Positions 1 through 8,186 of a stretch of DNA of 64,000 nucleotides are shown one piece after another. The position numbers were made by a program, and so were the translations under genes. The number at the start of each line of letters is the position of its first letter. Positions within the stretch are counted from its first letter, which is position 1. The notes beneath the pieces were generated by a model. That model saw only the letters and a program-made list of their open reading frames with translations. It ran no database searches and was not told the origin of the DNA. Origin of the DNA: a virus; IMG/VR virus record IMGVR_UViG_3300006104_000752, positions 3,988 through 67,987 of that record; one strand, written 5' to 3'.

Positions 1-8
1 GAATAAAT

Positions 9-179
9 GTGGCAACATACACACTTGAATTGACCCCAGAGCAGTTTCGAGAACTGAGTAAGCACGTTATGGACACCGTTCAGAAGAAGCGTTTTAATTC
101 TTCCGAGAAGTTGCAACAGTGGCTTAACGTTTGGTATCCAATTAAGGACGCTTTCTTCACAGCGAAGAAGGTGGACTAA
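9..179 (+). CDS. hypothetical protein (56 aa; may start upstream of window)
   Basis: Open frame GTG9..TAA179 read manually; stop overlaps next ATG (TAATG). Confidence 0.55.
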   Translation: MATYTLELTPEQFRELSKHVMDTVQKKRFNSSEKLQQWLNVWYPIKDAFFTAKKVD

Positions 180-364
180 TGGCTAAACAATACCGATACA
201 CCGTCTACTACGACGCCGAATCTAAAAAATGGCAACTGGAAGACTGGATGGAAAATGGCATCTACGACACGGATGCTGACGAATTTCTACCACTTGAAGA
301 AATCGAACTGGAGATTTACCAGCAAAATGAAAACTTGCTGGCAGAATTGATTGGGAGAAACTAA
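179..364 (+). CDS. small acidic hypothetical protein
   Basis: ORF track; TAATG coupling at both ends. Confidence 0.7.
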   Translation: MAKQYRYTVYYDAESKKWQLEDWMENGIYDTDADEFLPLEEIELEIYQQNENLLAELIGRN

Positions 365-513
365 TGGCTAAGAAAAATTACGCCGAGACACTTACCACCA
401 ACATTAAAGCGACCTGTTGCCCTTACTGCGACAAGTTGTTTCCTCTAGGGGATGCCCGTTCAATGCGACGAGCATTTGAAAGGCACAATTGCAAGGGGAA
501 GAACAATGCTTAG
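364..513 (+). CDS. 49-aa putative zinc-finger protein
   Basis: Manual translation MAKKNY...CCPYCDKLF...FERHNCKG; coupled to upstream stop. Confidence 0.6.
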   Translation: MAKKNYAETLTTNIKATCCPYCDKLFPLGDARSMRRAFERHNCKGKNNA

Positions 514-730
514 GGCAAAAGTACGAGGTGAAGATTCAATTAGCGTTACCGCCTATGTGGGTGACGGTGGCGAAACAAAGCAGAGATGGATTGATGCCGA
601 GCAACTTGGAGAATGCCGAGTTGTGGGCAGTGACGATTACAACAACTACTTTCTAAGTTGGGATTCCCCCGAAGGAATCAGTCAGATTGTTGTTGCTGAC
701 GGAGCAGACTTAGATTTTTTGATTGACTGA
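506..730 (+). CDS. hypothetical protein
   Basis: ORF 452..730; ATG506 preferred because it follows a purine-rich RBS-like stretch and avoids a long overlap. Confidence 0.6.
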   Translation: MLRAKVRGEDSISVTAYVGDGGETKQRWIDAEQLGECRVVGSDDYNNYFLSWDSPEGISQIVVADGADLDFLID

Positions 731-731
731 C

Positions 732-760
732 TTGACAAAATAGATTTTGTGTGCTACACT
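732..760 (+). promoter_or_regulatory. sigma70/SigA-type promoter
   Basis: TTGACA-17-TACACT with TG extension, followed by hairpin ATACCG-AAAAG-CGGTAT. Confidence 0.8.
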
Positions 761-803
761 GGTTACATACCGAAAAGCGGTATTAAGAGAAAGGGATTAA
801 ATA

Positions 804-1283
804 ATGCACATTATGCACCGTATCGCAGTAGAGGCAGAGAGCATTTCAGATGCCAAAATTGAAGTAGAAGACCACATTGAAAATGGATTTTTTAGTTGGT
901 CTGATTGGGCAGTAGTTGGTGGTCGTTGGGATGACGAATTCACTGTTGTAAATTACGCCGAGAACCCAGAGAAGTTTAATGAACTCCTTAATAAGGCAAA
1001 AGAAAACCGAGCCATTGAAGTTCAGAGTTTGATGGAGAGGGCGGACATTGAAGGAGTGTTGCAATCTTTGAAGGAATACAACGGCGAAGAGTTTGGTTTC
1101 GGCAAACTAGGTATGGACGCTTACCGACTGGCAACGGCGCTAGAGGTTGCAAGCGGTTATTCAAAGCCCGACAGTTATTTCTACGACCTTACAGATGGCG
1201 GAACGAGCGACAAGTACGTCAAGGGTCGAATTGAAAAGAACCCTACTCAGCAGTATCTTGTTGCAGTGGACTTTCACTTTTAG
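804..1283 (+). CDS. hypothetical phage protein
   Basis: 159 aa, SD AGAAAGGG; motif DWAVVGGRW. Confidence 0.8.
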   Translation: MHIMHRIAVEAESISDAKIEVEDHIENGFFSWSDWAVVGGRWDDEFTVVNYAENPEKFNELLNKAKENRAIEVQSLMERADIEGVLQSLKEYNGEEFGFGKLGMDAYRLATALEVASGYSKPDSYFYDLTDGGTSDKYVKGRIEKNPTQQYLVAVDFHF

Positions 1284-1286
1284 GAT

Positions 1287-1315
1287 TTGACAAACTAAGT
1301 TTAATGTGGTACAAT
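1287..1315 (+). promoter_or_regulatory. sigma70/SigA-type promoter
   Basis: TTGACA-17-TACAAT with TGTGG extension, followed by hairpin CATCACCA-AAAAG-TGGTGGTG. Confidence 0.85.
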
Positions 1316-1360
1316 GGTTCATCACCAAAAAGTGGTGGTGATTAACAGAAAGGATTTAAA

Positions 1361-1762
1361 ATGGGTGCAGACTTCATTTATTCGATTTGCCGTATTCCAT
1401 ACACCGGAGATGGAGACGTTTTGTTCAGCGGGTTCACTGTCGCTAGCGTAATAAAGCAACGTTTTTTAAAAATTGACCGTGAAGAAGTTTTGTCAAACCT
1501 TGAAGATTGTGGAATCTATTACGACGGAGAAGACTTTGATTCTTTTGTTTCTGAAAAGGCTAACGAGGTTTTTAATTTTTTTGAAAGTGGTTGGAATCTC
1601 AGTGACACAGCAATACTTGTTCTGGAAGGTAGGCACTACTACATCACCGGCGGAATGAGTTGGGGTGATACTCCAACAGACAGTTACGACATTATTGCTT
1701 TTATTAATGCACTAGAAATCACCGAAAAGCCAATTACAGACAGAGAGTTGGAGTTGGCATGA
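1361..1762 (+). CDS. hypothetical phage protein
   Basis: 133 aa, SD AGAAAGGA; GGMSWGDTP motif. Confidence 0.8.
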   Translation: MGADFIYSICRIPYTGDGDVLFSGFTVASVIKQRFLKIDREEVLSNLEDCGIYYDGEDFDSFVSEKANEVFNFFESGWNLSDTAILVLEGRHYYITGGMSWGDTPTDSYDIIAFINALEITEKPITDRELELA

Positions 1763-2010
1763 AGTGGGAAGACTGGGCAGAAAAATACAAGCCTACATTT
1801 AACCCATACAACGCTTGGGACGACGTAAAGTTTGAAACCTACGGCGAAGAGTTCAAGTACGTTTCAGAACTTGACAGTCAATTTGTATGGACACTATTAG
1901 ACAACGAACAATTGATTGCTGGCAGAAAGATTGTGAATGCAGTTGGTTATTACTTTACCGAGAATCCCTGGTCTGAAGAAGACAGAGATTTGTTGATTGA
2001 CATTAGTTAG
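1759..2010 (+). CDS. hypothetical protein
   Basis: ATGA overlap with upstream gene. Confidence 0.75.
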   Translation: MKWEDWAEKYKPTFNPYNAWDDVKFETYGEEFKYVSELDSQFVWTLLDNEQLIAGRKIVNAVGYYFTENPWSEEDRDLLIDIS

Positions 2011-2028
2011 AAGGAGAAAGGACTTATT

Positions 2029-2289
2029 ATGACTACAGAGATTATTTGGCAAGAACCGCCAGTATCAGAGACCGGCAAGGGGAGGCGTGGAACTGGACGT
2101 TTGCAGAAGATTGACGTTGAGTTGCGCAAAAACCCTGGCAAGTGGGCTTTGATTGCAGAAGGCGTTAGTTACGCCGCTGTGCCACCTATTTTTGGCGGTA
2201 AGGAATACGAGCGAGCGTATCGTAATTACACCGAGAACGGCAAGAAACTGCGCCGAATCTACGTTCGATACATTGGTGGTAACGAGTGA
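2029..2289 (+). CDS. hypothetical protein, paralogue of 4177..4506
   Basis: Strong SD; LxxNPGxW and IYVRYxG motifs. Confidence 0.8.
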   Translation: MTTEIIWQEPPVSETGKGRRGTGRLQKIDVELRKNPGKWALIAEGVSYAAVPPIFGGKEYERAYRNYTENGKKLRRIYVRYIGGNE

Positions 2290-2627
2290 TTCACATTGAC
2301 AGAATGATTGACGAGATGGATGACCTAGAAGCAGATTTGCTTATGCCGTTTGACGTTTCGGTTTTGGAGAATTACTACTTTGTTATGGATGTAGTGAACG
2401 ACAACGGCAACTGGCTTGGCTATGTTGTCCATACGGACGGCGAAGAGATTGCGGTGGCTTACAACGCATCTACCGGCATTACAAAGTATCGAAAAGACGA
2501 GATGTATTACAAGTTCACCGAAGACGCAAAGAAGGCTTTCCCTTTGGACAGTTGTTCCATTGACAGCGCCACTGCTTTGTTGATTCTGTGCGAAGAGAAC
2601 GGATGGGACGACGTTGACGACAATTGA
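2286..2627 (+). CDS. acidic hypothetical protein
   Basis: GTGA overlap with upstream gene. Confidence 0.7.
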   Translation: MIHIDRMIDEMDDLEADLLMPFDVSVLENYYFVMDVVNDNGNWLGYVVHTDGEEIAVAYNASTGITKYRKDEMYYKFTEDAKKAFPLDSCSIDSATALLILCEENGWDDVDDN

Positions 2628-2808
2628 GATGCCCTATTGCCGTTGTGGTTGTGATTACGAGTACCACTTGTGGGACATAAATCAGAACCCCGAAGGTGAA
2701 AAAGACTTAGAACTTTTAGGTTGTAAGGAATGCACCAGGTATGATGCTTGGGGAATGATAGTTGATTCAGACTGTGAAGAGTACGTCTCCGAAGACGAGC
2801 CTTCGTAG
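2614..2808 (+). CDS. small Cys-rich hypothetical protein
   Basis: CRCGC..H..CKEC..C pattern. Confidence 0.6.
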   Translation: MTTIEMPYCRCGCDYEYHLWDINQNPEGEKDLELLGCKECTRYDAWGMIVDSDCEEYVSEDEPS

Positions 2809-2837
2809 TTTTTAAAAAATTCCTGTGAGGAAAAATA

Positions 2838-3290
2838 ATGTTTAATTTTTACTATGAAGATGTGAATAAGTGGACGATTGCTATGTATGAAAAGCGTGGC
2901 AGAGCGTACACAGAAATTGGCGTTTTCTTCGAAGATGAAGCAACAAGAGTAGAGGTTTTTGAGTTGTTTGCCGAGATGTGCAACGCACTTCCAACTTGGC
3001 AAGCGGTTGAACGAGCGTTGATGGTTCTTGATGCCGGAGAAGAAGAAGTACCGGCTTACGAGGTTCGTCTTATGGATTCAACAAACAGGGTGCTGGCTAC
3101 AGTCCTATGGGACGTTGAATCTTTAAAAAAATGCGTTGAGGATTATAAAAGTCGTAACGTTTCAACTTACCGGCTAGTAGCAGAGGTTGAGTTGGACGAA
3201 GGTTACGACCTGGAAGACATAGATTGGAATGTACTTGAGGCACAGGGTAAGTTTAGAGCATTTGACATTACCCCTACTGATGTGCTATAG
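2838..3290 (+). CDS. hypothetical protein
   Basis: 150 aa ORF with SD GAGG. Confidence 0.75.
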   Translation: MFNFYYEDVNKWTIAMYEKRGRAYTEIGVFFEDEATRVEVFELFAEMCNALPTWQAVERALMVLDAGEEEVPAYEVRLMDSTNRVLATVLWDVESLKKCVEDYKSRNVSTYRLVAEVELDEGYDLEDIDWNVLEAQGKFRAFDITPTDVL

Positions 3291-3291
3291 T
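3262..3291 (+). promoter_or_regulatory. promoter embedded in 3' end of upstream gene
   Basis: TTGACA-18-TATAGT with TGTGC extension. Confidence 0.65.
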
Positions 3292-3305
3292 ACATAGACA
3301 GATTA

Positions 3306-3629
3306 TTGAAAGGAGTGGGTTTGAAAGGATTTAAGGGAAACAGTTTTCGCACAGAGGAACCACCAATGGAGAATGCAATTACTACCGTTCTTTACGGTGG
3401 TTTGCAGGTTACGGCGGTTCATGTTCCAAATGATGCCATCCATGACAAGCAGATTGGTTATGAACTGATTGAACTTTTGGACGGGAACAAAGCGATTGTT
3501 GCCGTGTCTGAAGACAAGTTAGAAGAGATTGCCATGATGGCCGATTCAACATTTGAAAGAGGATTCTCTATAGGAGTTTTCATTGGTCAAGTTCTGACAG
3601 AGGCAGTTCACAGCCTTTTGGAGGATTAA
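3306..3629 (+). CDS. hypothetical protein
   Basis: ORF track; start uncertain. Confidence 0.65.
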   Translation: MKGVGLKGFKGNSFRTEEPPMENAITTVLYGGLQVTAVHVPNDAIHDKQIGYELIELLDGNKAIVAVSEDKLEEIAMMADSTFERGFSIGVFIGQVLTEAVHSLLED

Positions 3630-3630
3630 A

Positions 3631-4035
3631 TTGGATTCGCCTGTTGACTACCACGCAGTTTTTGAAAGAAGCGAGCGTGGACGTGCTTTGGCTATCATCA
3701 GCAAGGCGGAACGTGAAGGCTTGAACGTTGTCGAAACGCTCGTTAATCACTTTGTCAGCAAAACTTTGATTGAAGAATTGACCGGCAAAGAGGTTCTTGT
3801 TGACCGCAAGGCACAGCGTCGAGACATTAACAAGGAATTGCCTGAATGGGCAAGAGTTAATGCAACTTTAGAGTTGACAGTACCGGAAATACAAAGTATG
3901 ATGAAGGTATCGAATTCAGTTGCTTTAAAACTGGTTAAGAACACCGACTATTTCTCCAAAGTAAAGCGTGGATTGTATTTAGTCAAGGATGGACTGGCGG
4001 AGCGAGAGGCTGCCAAATCCAAACGTGATTCTTAA
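3631..4035 (+). CDS. hypothetical protein, possible winged-helix DNA-binding
   Basis: C-terminal helix pattern followed by FSKVKRGLY wing-like motif. Confidence 0.6.
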   Translation: MDSPVDYHAVFERSERGRALAIISKAEREGLNVVETLVNHFVSKTLIEELTGKEVLVDRKAQRRDINKELPEWARVNATLELTVPEIQSMMKVSNSVALKLVKNTDYFSKVKRGLYLVKDGLAEREAAKSKRDS

Positions 4036-4041
4036 TAAAGT

Positions 4042-4142
4042 TTGTTAGGTGCGTTCCCCCAATGTGCCTAGCAATGCAAAGGCGTCGTTGGAGAGAACCG
4101 GCGCCTTTGCATCACCCCTCGCACATGTAGGCGCTGCCTACG
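4042..4142 (+). ncRNA. putative structured RNA (three consecutive hairpins)
   Basis: 14-bp stem 4042-4074 with four G.U pairs, ~13-bp stem 4075-4111, small stem 4127-4141. Confidence 0.4.
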
Positions 4143-4176
4143 CAATTTTTAAAAAAACTTTGAGAAAGGAAATTAT

Positions 4177-4506
4177 ATGAATGAAATTACAGAAAACATT
4201 AAGCCACTTGTAGCAGAGAGCCCACGTCCACGCAATTCAATTGCTGGTCGAGGTCCATCAGCAAAGACGATTGCTCGTCGTACACAACTTCAGGAGAACC
4301 CTGGACAGTGGTTTGTATGGAAGAAGGATTCAAACACTGGTGGAGACACCGGACAGGCTTTGCGCACACTTAGCGGGCTGAACAGCCTGACTAAGGAACT
4401 GCGTTACAAGTTGCCATACGAGGCAACAGCCCGTTTGAACGAACAACGCAAATGGGACATTTATGTCCGTTATGTTGGCGAAAACCGAGAGTACGCCAAC
4501 GCTTAA
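4177..4506 (+). CDS. hypothetical protein, paralogue of 2029..2289
   Basis: SD AGAAAGGA; LQENPGQW and IYVRYVG motifs. Confidence 0.8.
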   Translation: MNEITENIKPLVAESPRPRNSIAGRGPSAKTIARRTQLQENPGQWFVWKKDSNTGGDTGQALRTLSGLNSLTKELRYKLPYEATARLNEQRKWDIYVRYVGENREYANA

Positions 4507-4524
4507 TCTCCGTGTCGGACGGTT

Positions 4525-4565
4525 AAAAGGAAAAGCCCCAGCCTTTCGGCTGGGGCTTTCCTCTT
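4525..4565. terminator. bidirectional intrinsic terminator
   Basis: AAAGCCCCAGCC-TTTC-GGCTGGGGCTTT between convergent genes. Confidence 0.85.
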
Positions 4566-4578
4566 GGCTGACTGACTC

Positions 4579-5283
4579 TTAATCAACGATTTCTGCGTCG
4601 ATAATTCCAGAAGCCCAACTTGGTTCCATCTCTCCACCAAGTTCGGTCATTCTGTCTGCAAACATTTGGCGAGCAATGTCAATCTGTGCTTCAGACAACT
4701 TAAGGTCTTGGCTCAAAATGATTGCCATAAAGGCGCTACCAATCAAGTTTGCTTGACGTTCTTCTAATTCAACAATTCTTTTGTGTAGGTCGAACTTAAG
4801 CATAAACTCCAGAGCGCCTTGATAACGCTCCCAGGCACGCTCCATGACTTCAATCAAAGCACGGACGTGTTCCACTCCAGCCTTGTCAGTCACTTCCAGA
4901 ATGCCGTTTAGTTCGCCCATCTTGTCTTCAAGAATCAACGTCCACTGCTTCATTTTGGAAGCCAATTTAAAAGCCTCTACTTCTGGTGGTCCCATTGGTT
5001 CTGGTTCGCCAAGTTTCTCCGCAATAGAAACAAGTTCCTTTTGCATCTGAACTTGAACAGCGCCCTTGACGTGGTTCATTGTGTTACCAAGATGCCACTT
5101 GCACGCGCCTTCTCCAAAGTGCGATGTGCCCATGCCGCTGGTCTTGGCGCAATATCGAACCAAACCGAGTTCCTTGAGTTCTTTGTTGCGAAGTTTTGCA
5201 CCGCACTTTCCGTCCTCAGGTTCTGCGCTTCCAGGAATCTTTCTATCAGGGAAGTTTTCTGACCAAACTTCTTCGTCTGTCAT
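4579..5283 (-). CDS. HGGxSTG-like protein, possible terminase small subunit
   Basis: CGAK..R...C....G.G..H.G.G.CKWHLG N-terminal motif, then helical body. Confidence 0.5.
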   Translation of the reverse strand: MTDEEVWSENFPDRKIPGSAEPEDGKCGAKLRNKELKELGLVRYCAKTSGMGTSHFGEGACKWHLGNTMNHVKGAVQVQMQKELVSIAEKLGEPEPMGPPEVEAFKLASKMKQWTLILEDKMGELNGILEVTDKAGVEHVRALIEVMERAWERYQGALEFMLKFDLHKRIVELEERQANLIGSAFMAIILSQDLKLSEAQIDIARQMFADRMTELGGEMEPSWASGIIDAEIVD

Positions 5284-5696
5284 GCCGCCGCCCTTCTCTT
5301 CGCCTTGTAGTTTCTCATAAACTCGTTATTTGCTTGTTTGCATTCTTCACAAGTTGGTGCGTTCATTCGTACTTCTTGCAAATAACCCTTGCGTGTTCCA
5401 TGAACAATGTCATTAGAGTGAAGACCAATGCCACCCTTGCGACGATGTATGGTTCTGCGCATGTCGTCATTCTTTTCAGGTTCTGGAATGCCAAGTTCCT
5501 TGCGCAAATAGTAACGCTCTTTTTCGGTCATACCGCCCTGATAGCCAAAGGCTTCGTTGTGAAGTGCGTGCTTTGCACACTGTTGCAAAACAGGACATTG
5601 CTCGCACATCTGGACTACTTCTTTTCTTGCTACCCCTTGAAGGTAAAACAAACTTACATCTGCACCCCGACATGATGCTTCCATGCGCCAAGACAT
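5280..5696 (-). CDS. whiB: WhiB family transcription factor with C-terminal HGT..Y..CxxC domain
   Basis: W...ASC...LF...C..CPV...C...AL...G..GG.T..ER. Confidence 0.85.
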   Translation of the reverse strand: MSWRMEASCRGADVSLFYLQGVARKEVVQMCEQCPVLQQCAKHALHNEAFGYQGGMTEKERYYLRKELGIPEPEKNDDMRRTIHRRKGGIGLHSNDIVHGTRKGYLQEVRMNAPTCEECKQANNEFMRNYKAKRRAAA

Positions 5697-5893
5697 TAGT
5701 TGTTAAACCACCATTCTGGCAAAGCCCAGTCGGAAGGCATTCCTAATCGAACCATGTGTGCGCACGGGTCTCCACCTTCTTCCCATGCTCGTTCTTCAGT
5801 TTCGTGCATCGGATAGGCGTCGTGAGTGTTGCAAAACTGCTCACTACAAAATCCATTTTCAAGCCCATACTTGAACCATTCTTCAAAATTCAT
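5696..5893 (-). CDS. small His/Cys-containing hypothetical protein
   Basis: MNFEEW...FCNTHD...GGDPCAH; ATG after SD GAAAGGA. Confidence 0.7.
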   Translation of the reverse strand: MNFEEWFKYGLENGFCSEQFCNTHDAYPMHETEERAWEEGGDPCAHMVRLGMPSDWALPEWWFNN

Positions 5894-5910
5894 TGCTGTT
5901 CCTTTCAATT

Positions 5911-6462
5911 TCAACAATTGTCGGCAGACCACTCAGGGTAAAATCCGCCGTTGTGATTATACACATTTACTGCAACCTGGTCTTGTTCATTCCCAGTTGC
6001 TTGTTCAGGTTTTGGTGCATATTGCAATCCACCATACGCTTGCCAAATTAGCGAAGAGAATTGGTAGAGACCACCGTCGCCAGAATAAACATTAACGCTT
6101 GTCAGGTGATTCCGACTTTCGTGGTATCGAATGCAAGCGAATGTAATCTGCGCAGAGATTGGTAGCGAGTTAATAGGACTTCCCTCGCTAGGCCAATACG
6201 CTGTTGGGTCAGTAGATTGTGTGTCCCACTGAGTTTCACTAGCCAACTCTGGGCTTGGCTCAGTAGCAACAATCTGCTTTGCGGTTACTATCTTTGTTTG
6301 TGGTTTAGCCACTGGACCCGAAAGGGCTGGTGGATTCCACAATGTACTTGTTGTTGTGTTTGTCGTAGTTGTAGTTTGCTCCGCCACTGGCGGATGGGAA
6401 GACGTACTTCCTCCGGTGCTAACGAACGCAACGGACAAACAAACAATGGCTAGATACTTCAT
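5911..6462 (-). CDS. secreted Rpf-like (lysozyme-fold) transglycosylase
   Basis: Signal peptide, T/P-rich linker, CIRYHES (catalytic Glu), GGLYQF..W..YGG, EQ..VA, terminal W...C. Confidence 0.8.
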   Translation of the reverse strand: MKYLAIVCLSVAFVSTGGSTSSHPPVAEQTTTTTNTTTSTLWNPPALSGPVAKPQTKIVTAKQIVATEPSPELASETQWDTQSTDPTAYWPSEGSPINSLPISAQITFACIRYHESRNHLTSVNVYSGDGGLYQFSSLIWQAYGGLQYAPKPEQATGNEQDQVAVNVYNHNGGFYPEWSADNC

Positions 6463-6472
6463 CAGTACCTTT

Positions 6473-6967
6473 CTACTTCGACCCGCAGTAAAGACTTTTT
6501 ACTGGGCCAATTACGTCAGTGGAGTATTGAATTGCTACTTCCACTGCGCAATCAAGTTCAAGAGCGCCGACTTCTTCGCAGGCTTCTAAATAACCAAGCG
6601 CATAAGCGGCTCCTGAGCCAACAGCCATAAAGGGCTGTTCCATTTCAATCACCGCTAAGTCACCTTGAATGATGACAAGAGGGCGATTTGGCCAAGCGCA
6701 AAGAATTTCAGTCTCCTTGACTGCTTCTTCTTCACCCTTGACGTTCTTTAGCATCTCCACAATCATCTGCGGAGAGCACTTGCGACCTTTTAACTTCGCA
6801 AGAAGATTTATAATTCGCCACGAACCTGCGGCTCCAATGATGCCGTTGCCAGAATGAATGAAAGCCTTGTCGGTTGTGGTTCGGTAAATTGTTTCACCAT
6901 CAGACGCTGCCGAGTCAAATGACATGTAGCAACCATCAGGTGATGTGTAAGCGGCTAAAACGGTCAT
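6473..6967 (-). CDS. Ntn-hydrolase, proteasome-beta/HslV-like peptidase
   Basis: N-terminal Thr (MTVLAA), DS, conserved Lys, GAAGS, AVGSGAAYALG. Confidence 0.8.
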   Translation of the reverse strand: MTVLAAYTSPDGCYMSFDSAASDGETIYRTTTDKAFIHSGNGIIGAAGSWRIINLLAKLKGRKCSPQMIVEMLKNVKGEEEAVKETEILCAWPNRPLVIIQGDLAVIEMEQPFMAVGSGAAYALGYLEACEEVGALELDCAVEVAIQYSTDVIGPVKSLYCGSK

Positions 6968-6968
6968 A

Positions 6969-8168
6969 TCAATCCCAAACTCCGCTGATGAGCCACTCTC
7001 GGTCTCGTATCAAACGGCTAGGCCAATCAATCCCCTGAAGACGGTCTCCACGGTAACGCTTAACATGAAGCATTGTTGGGTCCATCGAATCCTTGTACAA
7101 GGATATACCAGATTCAGGCCAAGCCATCCATCGCTGTGAACCCATTGGCGAAAGGTCTCTCTTTTCTCCAGCCTTACCCTTAGCCGCGTGGTGTTCCATA
7201 ACAAGCGCAAAGTCGTACTTGGTGCGAAGGTCGTCAAGAACAGCCATCGCTTCGTCCGCTGAATCTTCGTATGATTCGTTTGCTCCACGGCGATACATCT
7301 TGTAAATCGGTCCGATGCAAACAAGTTCTGGTCGGTGAGATGCAATCTCTCGCTGTAGTTCAGCCTTGTCCGACAAACGACGAATCTCGATACCGCCAGG
7401 ACGACGCCAGAACTTCAAACGCTCACTGTCAAAGTTGTCTGGGTCTTTGCTCTTCAGCATGTTCATGTAGGGAACACCGGTCTGCGTAATAGCCTGTGTA
7501 GGGTTTTCAAGGTCAACAATCAGGCAACGAACTGGGTCAATGCGCTGGTGGCTAAACGGGTGGAAGCCCTGCGAAGCCGACATAGCAATGGTTCGTAGCA
7601 AGAGCGACTTACCAGCACCTTCTTCAGCAACAACAATCGTTCGGTAGTCACGGTTCATCATGCCAGGAATAACAACCGGAGCAATCGCATCAGCGTTTTC
7701 CTCAAGTTCGTACATTGTCATTGCTTCTGGCTCTTTAACGTCGAACTGACCAATGCCGGAAAGAGACTTCTCCAAGCCCTGCGCAACCATGTATGGGTCT
7801 GCACCACCAAGAATCAACTCGTTTGATTCACTGAACTTGTGCAGAAGGGAGCGAGCAGTGCTGTGCTTGTAAATAATCGAAGCGTACTCCTGGGCATTAG
7901 AAGCCGAAGGAGTGTCAATGACCATACTCGAAAGTTTGGTAATGGCTTCGTTGTCGTTCATCTCAGCCGAGATGGTAACGATGTCAATCTTCGAGCCCTT
8001 AGAGAACAGACGGCATATTGCTCCGTAGACCCGTGCGTTGAATGGACTGTAAAAATCCTCGACACGGCAACCGTCAATGCCTACGACGACAGCCTCTGTC
8101 GATAAAATCATCGAACCGATTAATGATTCTTCCGCAACAATATCATGCGGAATGTTTGTATTGCCCAC
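6969..8168 (-). CDS. dnaB: DnaB-like replicative helicase (DnaB N-domain + RecA-fold ATPase)
   Basis: PHDIVAEESLIGS..L...DFY N-domain; Walker A AEEGAGKS; DLEN; EHH. Confidence 0.85.
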   Translation of the reverse strand: MGNTNIPHDIVAEESLIGSMILSTEAVVVGIDGCRVEDFYSPFNARVYGAICRLFSKGSKIDIVTISAEMNDNEAITKLSSMVIDTPSASNAQEYASIIYKHSTARSLLHKFSESNELILGGADPYMVAQGLEKSLSGIGQFDVKEPEAMTMYELEENADAIAPVVIPGMMNRDYRTIVVAEEGAGKSLLLRTIAMSASQGFHPFSHQRIDPVRCLIVDLENPTQAITQTGVPYMNMLKSKDPDNFDSERLKFWRRPGGIEIRRLSDKAELQREIASHRPELVCIGPIYKMYRRGANESYEDSADEAMAVLDDLRTKYDFALVMEHHAAKGKAGEKRDLSPMGSQRWMAWPESGISLYKDSMDPTMLHVKRYRGDRLQGIDWPSRLIRDREWLISGVWD

Positions 8169-8186
8169 TATGCAAAACCTTCCCTG

